NCBI GenBank assembly: GCA_965205505.1 | Contig: CBDBHB010000009.1 | Location: 768,001 to 832,000, forward strand | Reading direction: 5' to 3' | DNA: 64,000 nt | Source of the DNA: Acidobacteriota bacterium | GTDB lineage: Bacteria > Acidobacteriota > UBA890 > WLXD01 | Shown here: piece by piece, positions 31,293 through 41,306 of the stretch | Layout of the letters: each line of letters starts with the position of its first letter | Position numbering within the stretch: position 1 is the first letter of the stretch | The notes under the pieces: generated by a model | Database searches by the model: none | What the model was told of the DNA's origin: nothing | The model's input: only the letters and a program-made list of their open reading frames with translations | Translations under genes and position numbers: made by a program

Positions 31293-32328
31293 CGAGTTCC
31301 AAGACCGCGCCCAGGAGCTCGTCGCCGCCCTCGACCTCGGCGGCGAACTCCGCGTAGATTGAACGGCTGGCGCTGCTGAAGGCCTGGCGATCGACGTCGT
31401 TGACCTGTAGCCCGTCGCCGCGGAGCTTGTCCAACAACTCGGCATCGAGGCGGGCGGCGGTCTCGTGCACGAAGAGCTGCATGTCACGCGCGATCCGTGC
31501 CACGTCCTCGCGAACGCCGGTGGGAAGAGCGCCCCAGCGCCCGGAGCCGGTGGTGACGTAGGCGGGAGTGTAGACGTGACCGGTCAACGACAGATACGTC
31601 TGTACCTCCTGGAACTGCTGGCTGTCGATCTGCGTGAGCGGGTTTTCTTGCCCGTCCATCACCCCGGTCTGCAACGCCACGAAGACCTCTGCCATCGGCA
31701 TCGGGCTGGGGTTGGCGCCAAAGGCCTGAAACATCTTCACCCGCCACAGGCCCCGCGGTGTGCGCAGCTTGATGCCGCGCAGATCGTCGGGTGTGTACAC
31801 CGGGCGCACGTTGCTGGTGACGTGGCGAAATCCGTTCTCCCACACCGCCAGGATCTCGAAACCGTGTCGCTGCGCCTGCGGGGCCAGCCGATCCCAGAAC
31901 ACCGCTGCTTCGATCTGACGCATGTGCTGGCGATCGCGCACCAGGTAGGGCAACTCGAACAGACCGAAGACGGCCACATTCGATGACATCACCGTCGACG
32001 GGAGCGCCATGTCGAGCGTTCCGAGTCTGAGTTTCTGCAGCATCACCTCGTCACCGCCGAGCTGGCTGGAGCCGAACACCTGGAGGCGGAGGCGATCGCC
32101 CATCTCGGCCTCGGCGCGTCGGGCGAGCTCATTGGCGGTGAGAGCGTATAGCGAACCCGGGGCGCCGACGTGGCCGAAGCTCAGAACCAGGGGGCCGGCC
32201 GGCGCGCCGCCGGAACAGGCAATTGCCCCAGCCGTGGCTACGAGCACAGCCAGGGTCGCCAGACGTCTCGCTGCCGGACGCGGCGTCGCCGCGGCACCGA
32301 AGCGAGATCCACAGGCGCGGGCGCGCAT
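31282..32328 (-). CDS. dctP: TRAP substrate-binding protein DctP
   Basis: SSQLGGD, WENGFRHVT, DLRGIKLRTP and ALQTGVMDGQENP motifs. Confidence 0.93.
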   Translation of the reverse strand: MRARACGSRFGAAATPRPAARRLATLAVLVATAGAIACSGGAPAGPLVLSFGHVGAPGSLYALTANELARRAEAEMGDRLRLQVFGSSQLGGDEVMLQKLRLGTLDMALPSTVMSSNVAVFGLFELPYLVRDRQHMRQIEAAVFWDRLAPQAQRHGFEILAVWENGFRHVTSNVRPVYTPDDLRGIKLRTPRGLWRVKMFQAFGANPSPMPMAEVFVALQTGVMDGQENPLTQIDSQQFQEVQTYLSLTGHVYTPAYVTTGSGRWGALPTGVREDVARIARDMQLFVHETAARLDAELLDKLRGDGLQVNDVDRQAFSSASRSIYAEFAAEVEGGDELLGAVLELGAD

Positions 32329-33515
32329 CAGCCAGTGCCCGCGGCACCGGTCGGTGCCAGTGACTCGAGCGCCGCGGTTACTCCGCCGGAGCGACACGGC
32401 ACGCCCGCCAGGCGCAGCCCCATCTCCACTCCGCTGAGGGCACCGGCAAGGGCCAACTCGTTGATCTCCCCCAGGTGGCCGATGCGGAAAACCTTGCCTT
32501 GGAGCGGTCCGAGGCCGGTGCCGAGCGACATGTCGAAGTTGTCGAGGATCACCTGGCGCACCTCGTTGGCGTCGACCCCTTCTGGCGTCATGACTGCGGT
32601 AAGCGAGCTGCTGGCGTTCGCCGGATCGGCGCAGTACGTCTCCAGCCCCCACGCCTGCACCGCCGCCCGGGTTGCCGATGCCAGGCGATCGTGTCGCGCG
32701 AAAACCGCCGCCTCGCCCTCTTCACGCAACATAGCGAGCGCCTCTGACAACCCGAAGAGCAGGTTGGTGGCCGGCGTGTAGGGAAAGAAGCCCCGGGCGT
32801 TCTGGGTGCGCAGTGCGGCCCAGTCCCAGTACGCACGCGGCAGGCGGGCATTGTCGTTGGCGGCGAGCGCCTTGGCGCTGACCGAGTTGAACGACATGCC
32901 TGGTGGGAGCATGAGCCCTTTCTGGGATCCGGTTACCACCACGTCGACGCCCCACTCGTCTTGCGGCAGTGGCATCGACGCCAGCGACGACACCGCATCC
33001 ACTAGCAACAGCGCGCTGTGCCCGGCGGCGTCGATTGCGGCCCGGATGGCAGCCAGGTCCGACCGCACACCGGTGGATGTCTCGCTGTGGACGACGGCGA
33101 TCGCCGCGTAGGAACTGTCGGCCTCGGCTCGGAGCCGCTCCTCAACCGAGGACGGATCAACGGGCTGGCGCCAGTTACCCGGCACCATGTCGACGTCGAG
33201 CCCGAGGCGCTCGGCGATGCCACACCAGCCACGGGCGAAGAAGCCGTGATCGAACATCAGCACGCGGTCACCCGGCGACAGAGTGTTGGCGAGCGCCGCC
33301 TCCCAGGCGCCGCTGCCCGATGCGGGGAAGATCATCACCTCGCCGTTGGGGTTGTGGAAGAGCTCCTTCAGACCGTCGAGGATTTCGCCGGTGAGGCGCG
33401 CGAACTCGGAGCCGCGATGGTCGATCGTGGGGCGGGCCACGGCTCGCAGCACCCGCTCGGGCACGTTCGTGGGTCCGGGGATCTGAAGAAAATGTCGTCC
33501 GCCGGCAAAGCTCAC
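32328..33515 (-). CDS. Class V aminotransferase (serine/alanine-glyoxylate type)
   Basis: GRHFLQIPGPTNVP, VHSETSTGV, VDAVSS, GSQKGLMLPPG and FRIGHLG motifs. Confidence 0.93.
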   Translation of the reverse strand: MSFAGGRHFLQIPGPTNVPERVLRAVARPTIDHRGSEFARLTGEILDGLKELFHNPNGEVMIFPASGSGAWEAALANTLSPGDRVLMFDHGFFARGWCGIAERLGLDVDMVPGNWRQPVDPSSVEERLRAEADSSYAAIAVVHSETSTGVRSDLAAIRAAIDAAGHSALLLVDAVSSLASMPLPQDEWGVDVVVTGSQKGLMLPPGMSFNSVSAKALAANDNARLPRAYWDWAALRTQNARGFFPYTPATNLLFGLSEALAMLREEGEAAVFARHDRLASATRAAVQAWGLETYCADPANASSSLTAVMTPEGVDANEVRQVILDNFDMSLGTGLGPLQGKVFRIGHLGEINELALAGALSGVEMGLRLAGVPCRSGGVTAALESLAPTGAAGTG

Positions 33516-33676
33516 CCGAGATCCTCTGGTTGCGCCCGACTTATCGTGGGAGCGTCGTTTCCTGAAGTGCGCCGCGATCGGCGGCACAATGGTACCGCTC
33601 CGGTCCGCGTGACACGGACGCGGGCGGCCCGGAAGCACGGCCTGCTAGACTCCCGAGCGCGACGACACTACGGAAG

Positions 33677-36600
33677 ATGAGCGCGACCATCCGACCTCGA
33701 GCACCCTACGACGACGCCAGTCGTCGACGAGCCGCCGGCACGCGGGCGTCGCGCATTGGCGACTCTGCGCTGGCGGCGCGGCTGCGTAGCGAGCTGCAGG
33801 GCGAGGTGCGCTTCGGCGCGCTCGATCGTGGGCTCTACTCCACCGACGCTTCGATCTACCAGATCGAGCCGGTCGGCGTGGTGGTGCCCAAGAGCGCCGA
33901 CGACGTGACTGCGACGCTGTCGATCGCCCGCGACGAAGGTGTACCGGTATTGCCGCGCGGCGCAGGCACATCACAGGGAGGACAGGCGATTGGCGAAGCG
34001 ATCATCATCGATACCAGCAAGTATCTGTGCGCCGTCCGGCGACTCGACACCGATGGCCGGCGGGTGGTGGTTGAACCCGGTGTCGTGCTCGATGAGCTGA
34101 ACCGGGCGCTACGTCCGTCCGGTCTGTTCTTCCCGGTGGATGTTGCTACCTCGAGCCGGGCGACCCTCGGCGGCATGGCGGGCAACAACAGCGCCGGCGC
34201 ACGGTCGATCCGCTACGGGCTGATGGTCGACAACGTGCGCGCCATCGAAGCCACTCTCGCCGATGGCGCGCCTGCCTGGTTTGGCCCCTCGGGCTCGAGT
34301 CCGGCGAGCGATCGCGGCGCCGGCGTTCCGCCCGCCGCCCGCCGCACCGACCCGCGCCACACCGCGCCGGTCGAGCTGACTCGCGCCATTGCGGCCGTCC
34401 ACCAGAGCCACGCCGCCTCCATCGAGCGCGTTGCGCCGCGCGTGCTGCGCCACGTGGCGGGCTACAACCTGACGCGCATCGATGACCAGGCCTCGAACAT
34501 GGCGCCGTTGCTCATCGGATCCGAGGGCACCCTGGCCTTCTTCACCCGGCTGGAGCTCGAGCTACAACCGATTCCGGCCCACAAGGTTCTGGGCGTATGT
34601 CATTTCGCGACATTTCGTTCCGCAATGCAGGCGGTGCAGCACCTCGTCGAGCTGGGGCCTGCGGCTGTGGAGCTGCTCGATCACAAGCTCATCGAGCTGG
34701 CGCGTGCACGCCCGGCCTTCCGCGGCCCGCTGTCGCGCTTCGTGCACGGGGAGCCCGGAGCGTTGCTGCTCGTCGAGCTCTCCGGCGACGACCTCGACGA
34801 GCTGCGGCGCAGCCTCGATCGGCTCGACGACCTCATGGGACAGCTTGGCCACCCCGACGCTGTGCACCGGGCGATCGAGCCCGCCGCGCAGGCCGAGATC
34901 TGGAGCGTGCGCAAGGCGGGCCTGAACATCGCGATGTCGATGAAGGGCGACGCCAAGCCGGTGTCGTTCGTCGAGGATTGCGCCGTGCCTCTGGAGCACC
35001 TCGATGACTACACTGCCGAGCTCGGCGAGATCTTCGAGCGTCACGGTGTCGAGGGCACCTGGTACGCGCATGCCTCGGTGGGCTGCCTGCACGTGCGGCC
35101 GACGTTGAACCTCAAGGAGGCCGCCGGGGTGGCGAAAATGCGCAGCATCGCCGAGGCCACCCATGCGCTGGTGCGCAAGTTCGGTGGCTCGCACTCCGGC
35201 GAGCACGGCGACGGGCTGGTGCGTAGCGAGTTCCTCGGCTCGATGCTCGGGCAGGAGGCGGTGGATGCCTTCGAACAGGTGAAGTCTGCCTTCGACCCCA
35301 CTGGACTGTTCAATCCTGGCAAGATCGTGCATCCGCCACGCATGGACGATCGGCGTCTGTTCCGTTACCGGCCGGAGTACACCACCGTCTCGCCGGCGAC
35401 GGCGATGCAATGGCCCGACGCCGGCGGCCTGCCCGGCGCTGTCGAGATGTGCAACAACAACGGCGCCTGTCGTCAGCTGGTGGGGTCGATGTGCCCTTCG
35501 TATCAGGCGACGCTCGACGAAACCCACACCACGCGTGGACGCGCCAATGCGCTCCGCCTCGCGCTCAGCGGGCAGCTGGGCGTGCCGGGGCTCGACTCGC
35601 GATCTCTCTACGAGGCGCTCGATCTGTGCGTTGGCTGCAAGGCATGTCGCCGCGAGTGCCCCACCGGGGTCGACATGGCGCGCATGAAGATCGAGTTCCT
35701 GAGCACTTACCGCGCTCGTCACGGCGTGCCGGGGCGCGAGCGTCTGTTCGCCTACCTACCGCGCTACGCACCGATCGCATCCCGACTCGGTGCGGTCTGC
35801 CGTACGGCCGACTGGCGACCGGCCCGCTGGCTGATGGAGAAGCTCATCGGAGTCTCTGCCCAGCGGCGGTTGCCAGTGTTCAAGCGCGAGCCGCTGTGCT
35901 CGGGTGGCCGCACGACCAGTACGTCGACGCGACGCGCCGCCCTGTTCGTCGATACGTTCAGCAGACACTTCGAGCCTGAGAATGCACGTGCGGCGGTGCG
36001 CGTGCTGCGCGCCGCCGGCTACGACGTGGAGCTGATCGAGCCGCCGCCCGGTGAGCGGCCGCTGTGCTGTGGGCGTACGTTCCTGAGCGCCGGCCTCACC
36101 GACGAGGCGCGCGTCGAGGGTGAACGGCTGCTTGCGGCCACCATGCCGTTGGTTCGCGACGGGGTGCCGGTGGTAGGCATCGAGCCGTCCTGTTTGCTGA
36201 CCCTTCGCGACGAGCTTCCGGCTCTGGTTCCCGGCGCCGAGAGCGAGTCGCTGAGCGCCTCCGCCGTGCTCTTCGAGGAGCTGCTGATGGCCGGAATTGC
36301 TGCCGGCGATGTCGCGTTACAGCTCCGAACGCAGCCTGTGCGGCGCGCCCTGGTGCACGGCCATTGCCATCGCAAGGCGTTTGGCGCCCTGCAGCCGATG
36401 ATCGAGGCGCTGCGTCTGGTACCCGATTTGCGCGTCGATCCGATCGTCGCCGGTTGTTGCGGCATGGCGGGCTCGTTCGGCTACGAGGCCGAGCACGTCG
36501 ACGTGTCGCTACGCATGGCGGAGCTGGCGTTGTTGCCCCAGATTCGGCAGGCTGAGCCCGACACCTGGATCGTCGCCGACGGCACCAGCTGCCGCCGACA

Positions 36601-36679
36601 GATACTCGACGGCACGGGCCGCGAGGCTATCCACCCAGCGGTGGCGTTGGAGCGCGCCCTGCCCATCAACCAAGCCTGA
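33677..36679 (+). CDS. FAD-linked oxidase fused to Fe-S/CCG domains (GlcD-GlcF/YdiJ-like)
   Basis: YSTDASIY, PRGAGTS, GSEGTL, SGEHGDG, CNNNGAC, CVGCKACRREC and CCGMAGSFGY motifs. Confidence 0.93.
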   Translation: MSATIRPRAPYDDASRRRAAGTRASRIGDSALAARLRSELQGEVRFGALDRGLYSTDASIYQIEPVGVVVPKSADDVTATLSIARDEGVPVLPRGAGTSQGGQAIGEAIIIDTSKYLCAVRRLDTDGRRVVVEPGVVLDELNRALRPSGLFFPVDVATSSRATLGGMAGNNSAGARSIRYGLMVDNVRAIEATLADGAPAWFGPSGSSPASDRGAGVPPAARRTDPRHTAPVELTRAIAAVHQSHAASIERVAPRVLRHVAGYNLTRIDDQASNMAPLLIGSEGTLAFFTRLELELQPIPAHKVLGVCHFATFRSAMQAVQHLVELGPAAVELLDHKLIELARARPAFRGPLSRFVHGEPGALLLVELSGDDLDELRRSLDRLDDLMGQLGHPDAVHRAIEPAAQAEIWSVRKAGLNIAMSMKGDAKPVSFVEDCAVPLEHLDDYTAELGEIFERHGVEGTWYAHASVGCLHVRPTLNLKEAAGVAKMRSIAEATHALVRKFGGSHSGEHGDGLVRSEFLGSMLGQEAVDAFEQVKSAFDPTGLFNPGKIVHPPRMDDRRLFRYRPEYTTVSPATAMQWPDAGGLPGAVEMCNNNGACRQLVGSMCPSYQATLDETHTTRGRANALRLALSGQLGVPGLDSRSLYEALDLCVGCKACRRECPTGVDMARMKIEFLSTYRARHGVPGRERLFAYLPRYAPIASRLGAVCRTADWRPARWLMEKLIGVSAQRRLPVFKREPLCSGGRTTSTSTRRAALFVDTFSRHFEPENARAAVRVLRAAGYDVELIEPPPGERPLCCGRTFLSAGLTDEARVEGERLLAATMPLVRDGVPVVGIEPSCLLTLRDELPALVPGAESESLSASAVLFEELLMAGIAAGDVALQLRTQPVRRALVHGHCHRKAFGALQPMIEALRLVPDLRVDPIVAGCCGMAGSFGYEAEHVDVSLRMAELALLPQIRQAEPDTWIVADGTSCRRQILDGTGREAIHPAVALERALPINQA

Positions 36680-36689
36680 GGAGGGTTCC

Positions 36690-37658
36690 ATGAGACTGAC
36701 GATCGCCGTGCTTGCGCTGGCGTTGAGTGCCTGCGCGCCTGCCCCCGCCCCCCAGCAGAATGAACCCGAGGGCCCAGCACCGTGGGACTGGACCGAGGAG
36801 TACATACGCGAGGGAGTCAACCGGGTGCGTGCCGGCCGCGACTTGACTCCGAGCGAGTGGCCCGGTGGTGCGCGCGTTGCCGTGCTGCTGTCGTTCGACG
36901 TCGACAACGAGACGGTCGAGGGCCTGCGCGACGGTACATTCAGCGTCGGCCCCCTGTCGCAGGGTGAGTACGGGTCGCGGGTGGCCCTGCCGCGCGTCGT
37001 CACGCTGATGGATCGCGAGGAGATTCCGGCAACGTTCTTCTTCCCCGCCTGGAGCCTGAAGCTGGCGCCCGAGCAGGCCGAGCTGATCCAAGCCTCCGGC
37101 CGCCACGAGATCGGCGTGCACGGCTGGATACACGAGCGCAACACACAGCTCGACGCCGCCACCGAGCGCCGTCTGCTCGAGCAAGCCATCGACGCGATCA
37201 CCGAGATCACCGGCAAGCGCCCGGTCGGTTACCGGGCTCCGTCGTGGAACTTGAGCCCGGCAACACTCGATATCGTGCGCGATCTGGGCCTGCTGTACGA
37301 GAGCTCGCTGATGGCCGACGATCGGCCCTACGAGCTCATGGCCAACGGCGAACCCACCGGCATGGTCGAGCTGCCGGTGGAGTGGATACTCGACGACGCG
37401 CCGCTGTTCGATCCGCTCGGTGGTGGCTACAGCCCGCCGCGCGAGGTCATGCAGGTGTGGATCGACGAGTTCGACGTCGCCTGGGAGGAGGGCACCATGC
37501 TGCTGCTCACCATGCACCCGCACATCACCGCCCACCGGTCGCGAATCGTCGCCCTCAAGGGCCTGATCGAACACATCAAGGCGCGCGGCGGCGCCTGGTT
37601 CGGTACCCACGAGGCAGCGGCGCGGTATGTCAGACAGCAGGCAGGAATGGACAGCTAG
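36690..37658 (+). CDS. Polysaccharide deacetylase (CE4, PuuE/PgdA-like) lipoprotein
   Basis: LSAC lipobox; SFDVD, HEIGVHGWIHE, GYRAPSW and TMHPH motifs. Confidence 0.9.
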   Translation: MRLTIAVLALALSACAPAPAPQQNEPEGPAPWDWTEEYIREGVNRVRAGRDLTPSEWPGGARVAVLLSFDVDNETVEGLRDGTFSVGPLSQGEYGSRVALPRVVTLMDREEIPATFFFPAWSLKLAPEQAELIQASGRHEIGVHGWIHERNTQLDAATERRLLEQAIDAITEITGKRPVGYRAPSWNLSPATLDIVRDLGLLYESSLMADDRPYELMANGEPTGMVELPVEWILDDAPLFDPLGGGYSPPREVMQVWIDEFDVAWEEGTMLLLTMHPHITAHRSRIVALKGLIEHIKARGGAWFGTHEAAARYVRQQAGMDS

Positions 37659-37686
37659 TCGGACGGCCAGCTGGCAGCCCTGGGGT

Positions 37687-38103
37687 CTACAGTCCGAGTA
37701 CCGAAAAGCTGTTGGCCCGGGCGGCGAGGCCCTGTCGCGCATCATGGGTCGCGAACACCAGGGCTACGTCGCGCTGCTCTCGAAACAGCAGCGCGCTCCA
37801 CAGGTGAAGCGCGTCGAGCGTCCCCAGCGAGGTCGCCATTGGTTGGCCGGCGCGACGAAGCACCGATGGCGTGATGCGAATCCAACCCAGCGACTGCTCG
37901 ATCCAGCCGAGTTGTTCATGCGCTTGGGCGACGCCCTCGTCGTCGAGTGCCCCCTGGAGCCGCAACCGATCGATTACCCGACGTGACTCCACGCCGAGGA
38001 GCTCGCTAGAGTAGGCGGTCTCCCACTCCTCGAAGTCGTTGATCGCACGAGGTTGACCGAGAACGACGCGGAGAATGACGCTCGTATCGACGTAGACGTT
38101 CAC
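37687..38103 (-). CDS. vapC: VapC PIN-domain toxin
   Basis: VYVDTSVILR, LGTLDALHL and FATHDARQ motifs. Confidence 0.9.
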   Translation of the reverse strand: MNVYVDTSVILRVVLGQPRAINDFEEWETAYSSELLGVESRRVIDRLRLQGALDDEGVAQAHEQLGWIEQSLGWIRITPSVLRRAGQPMATSLGTLDALHLWSALLFREQRDVALVFATHDARQGLAARANSFSVLGL

Positions 38104-38357
38104 CGTCGATCGCGATCTTCCCGGAGCATCTCGATCGGATCGACCGCCGTCAGCAAGCGCACCGGCTTGCAGTCCGCGATCTTGGCCGGCCTCCGTTTCG
38201 GATCGTCGACGTCGAGATCGGTTGCTCTTGAATCCAGCGGAACCAGGCGAGCGATCGGGGTGCGTCGATCGCATACCACTATCGTCTCGCCGCGGCGAAC
38301 GGCGGCCAGGTAGGCGCTGAGTTTGGCCTTGAGCTCCGAGGTGTTTACCATCGTCAT
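38100..38357 (-). CDS. Phd/YefM family antitoxin
   Basis: VNTSELKAKLSAYLAAVRRGETIVVCDRRTPIARLVP; ATGACTA direct repeats at the start region. Confidence 0.9.
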   Translation of the reverse strand: MTMVNTSELKAKLSAYLAAVRRGETIVVCDRRTPIARLVPLDSRATDLDVDDPKRRPAKIADCKPVRLLTAVDPIEMLREDRDRR

Positions 38358-38408
38358 GACTAGATGATGACTATATTAAGTCTACTCATGCAAGCCCTCG
38401 CCGACGGG

Positions 38409-39128
38409 TCAGGCTCCGAGCAAGCTATATGCGACGGCCGCCAGCACCCCGCCTGCCACCGGGCCGACTACCGGAATCCAGGCGTAGCCCCAGTCGCTGT
38501 CGCGCTTGCCGGGGATAGGCAGTAGCGCGTGCATGATGCGCGGCGCCAGGTCGCGGGCCGGGTTGATGGCGTAGCCGGTGGTGCCGCCGAGCGAAAGCCC
38601 TATCGCCAGCACCACCAGGCCGACGGGGAGGGCATCGAGGGCGCCGAGTCCCACGTCCGCGCTGGTCATGTAGAGCACCGCAAACACCAGCGCGAACGTG
38701 CCGATCACCTCCGAGATGAAGTTCGACAGAGGATTGCGAATCTCCGGCCCGGTGCAGAAGACCGCGAGCTTCAGATCGGCGCTCTCGGTGACTGCAAAAT
38801 GGTCACGGTACTGGAGCCACACGAGCGCGGCGCCGATGGCCGCACCGATCATCTGCGCTGCAACATAGCCGGGTACGTCTGCCCAGGCGAAGTTGCCGGC
38901 TGCGGCCATCCCGAGCGTCACCGCCGGGTTGATGTGCGCGCCGCTGAATCGCCCGACCACAAACACGGCCACGAATACCGCCATGCCCCAGCCCATGCTG
39001 ATGACCATCCAGCCAGACTCGGCGCCCTTGGTGCGTTTCAGGATGACGTTGGCTACTACGCCGTCGCCCAGTAGCAGCAGCAGCGCGGTTCCGACGATCT
39101 CGGCGGGTAGTGGGCTCATGCGGCTCAT
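38409..39128 (-). CDS. glpF: MIP family aquaglyceroporin
   Basis: SGAHINPAVT and GYAINPARD motifs. Confidence 0.93.
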   Translation of the reverse strand: MSRMSPLPAEIVGTALLLLLGDGVVANVILKRTKGAESGWMVISMGWGMAVFVAVFVVGRFSGAHINPAVTLGMAAAGNFAWADVPGYVAAQMIGAAIGAALVWLQYRDHFAVTESADLKLAVFCTGPEIRNPLSNFISEVIGTFALVFAVLYMTSADVGLGALDALPVGLVVLAIGLSLGGTTGYAINPARDLAPRIMHALLPIPGKRDSDWGYAWIPVVGPVAGGVLAAVAYSLLGA

Positions 39129-39310
39129 CTCGGGTTGGGCGGCGAGGCGCGGATGTGTCGGGAGTGTATTGGAAGTGCTGGCGGCGCAAGGAGAAGGCGA
39201 GGCGACCGTCGCCGAGCCTGGGCGCAGCGCCAGGCAACAGCGTCCGGGAGCGCCTCATCGGGGCCTGGTAGACTCTGGCCCCGAAATTCCAGGCACGAGG
39301 GAGTGGAGTG

Positions 39311-40453
39311 ATGAAGATCGAACAGTTCGAGATGGAGCGCATGCAGTCGCTCTACGAGCACGCGGTGGATCACAACCTCGCCGAGAGCGGCGTGTCGCCC
39401 TTGAGCGTGAACGACCTACTGTCGCCTGAGACGCTGGCGGAGCTCGCCTCGACCCCGCTGTGCTATCCGGAGGGTATGGGATCGGAGCTGCTACGCGAGC
39501 GCATCGGGCTGTTCTACGACAACGCCACCGCTGACAACATCGTGGTCACCAACGGCGGCTCCGAGGCCAACTACATTACCCTTCAGGCGCTGCTTGAACC
39601 GGGGGACCGCGTCGCCTGTATGATCCCCAACTACCTGCAGACCTGGGGTTTGGCGCGTGCCTATTCGGAGCGCACAGACGCCTTTCACATGGTCGAATCC
39701 AGGGACGGCGACGGCGCCCGTTGGGCCCTCGACCTCGACAGCCTGGCCGCGGCGGTCTCGCCTGCCACCGGGATGATCACCGTCACCAACCCCAACAACC
39801 CAACCGGGGCGCTGCTCAACGAGGCCGAGCTCGAAGCGCTCGTCGAGGCGGCGCGGCGAGCCGACGCCTGGCTGGTGTTCGACGAGATCTATCGCGGTAC
39901 CGAGCTGGAGGGTGACACAGGGCCGAGCATCTGGGACCGGTACGACAAGGCGATCGTCACCTCGGGGTTGTCAAAGGCGTTCGCGATGCCGGGGCTGCGT
40001 ATCGGCTGGACGGTGGCCCCGGAAGACGCGACCCAGCAGCTGATGCGCTACCGCGACTACACTACCCTCACCCTGAACTTGCTCGCCGATCGCCTGGCGC
40101 GGATCGCCATGGAGCCCACCAAGCGCGATGAGATTCTCGACCGCAGCAAGTCAATCGTACGGTCGCAGCTTCCACGTCTGGTGGAGTGGGTGGATCGCCA
40201 CGAGGAGCTGAGCATGATCCCACCGGCGGCGGCGGCCATCGGGATGATCGCCTACGATCTGCCGATCGAATCCGGGGAGCTCTGCGAGAAGCTCCGAACC
40301 GAGCGCTCGGTGCTCATCACCCCGGGGTCGCATTTCGGGGTCGGCGACTATATCCGCGTTGGTTACGGCTACGACATCGACAAGGCGTGCCAGGGGCTGG
40401 CGCTGATCAGCGAGGCGATGGCGCAGCTGCGGCCGGTGACCGCGACTCCATGA
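39311..40453 (+). CDS. Class I/II PLP aminotransferase
   Basis: NPNNPTG, DEIY and [15 protein letters not shown] motifs. Confidence 0.93.
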   Translation: MKIEQFEMERMQSLYEHAVDHNLAESGVSPLSVNDLLSPETLAELASTPLCYPEGMGSELLRERIGLFYDNATADNIVVTNGGSEANYITLQALLEPGDRVACMIPNYLQTWGLARAYSERTDAFHMVESRDGDGARWALDLDSLAAAVSPATGMITVTNPNNPTGALLNEAELEALVEAARRADAWLVFDEIYRGTELEGDTGPSIWDRYDKAIVTSGLSKAFAMPGLRIGWTVAPEDATQQLMRYRDYTTLTLNLLADRLARIAMEPTKRDEILDRSKSIVRSQLPRLVEWVDRHEELSMIPPAAAAIGMIAYDLPIESGELCEKLRTERSVLITPGSHFGVGDYIRVGYGYDIDKACQGLALISEAMAQLRPVTATP

Positions 40454-41232
40454 AAATCGCCGGCAAGGTCGTCGTCGTTACCGGTGGGGCGAGCGGCATC
40501 GGGCGCGCGCTGTGCCGGCGCTTCGCCGCCGAGGGAGCGCGCGGCGTTGTTGTCGCCGACCGTTCCGCCGATGGTGCCGTCGAGGTGGCGGCGGAGATCG
40601 GTGGTCTGGCAGTGGAGGCGGACGTAGCTGTCGAGAAGCAGGTGCAGCGCGTCGTCGCCGAAGCTCGCGAGCGCTACGGCGAGATCGACTTGTTCTGCTG
40701 CAACGCCGGCGTGTTCAGCGAAGGCGGAGTGGAGGTCAGCAACGAAGAGTGGAAGCGCGTCTGGGACGTTAACTTCATGTCGATCGTCTACGCCGCGCGG
40801 GCGCTCTTACCGTCGATGCTCGAGCGCGGCAACGGAGCGTTCTTGATTACAGCTTCGGCTGCCGGGCTGCTCACCCAGGTTGGCTCGGCGCCCTACTCGG
40901 TGACCAAGCACGCCGCTCTGTCGCTGGCGGAGTGGCTGTCGATGACCCATGCCGACGACGGTATCGAGGTATTCTGCCTGTGCCCGCAGGGGGTAAACAC
41001 GGCCATGATGAACGAGTTCGAGGCCGACTCCGCGATCGGCGGTTATCTGAGGAGCGTGGCCCTGGAGCCCGATGATGTGGCTGGCGCCGTGATCGACGCC
41101 ATGGCCGCCGGACAGTTCCTGGTGTTGCCACACCCCGAGGTCGCCGATTTCTTTCAACGCAAGGCAGCCGACTACGACCGTTGGCTTGGCGGCATGCGTC
41201 GCTTCCAGGCCAGCGTAGGGTCGAACGCCTGA
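40450..41232 (+). CDS. SDR family oxidoreductase
   Basis: [11 protein letters not shown] and YSVTK motifs. Confidence 0.93.
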   Translation: MKIAGKVVVVTGGASGIGRALCRRFAAEGARGVVVADRSADGAVEVAAEIGGLAVEADVAVEKQVQRVVAEARERYGEIDLFCCNAGVFSEGGVEVSNEEWKRVWDVNFMSIVYAARALLPSMLERGNGAFLITASAAGLLTQVGSAPYSVTKHAALSLAEWLSMTHADDGIEVFCLCPQGVNTAMMNEFEADSAIGGYLRSVALEPDDVAGAVIDAMAAGQFLVLPHPEVADFFQRKAADYDRWLGGMRRFQASVGSNA

Positions 41233-41306
41233 CCCCGAGACCCGAAGCCTGGAAATACTCGAACCAAACAAGCTCGAAGCGTCACACGCGAGCGAACGGA
41301 GCGAAC

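Noticed and set aside
39190-39240. GC-rich hairpins between glpF and the aminotransferase as a riboswitch or REP
   Set aside because: Short stems only, no recognisable aptamer consensus and no second copy in the window.
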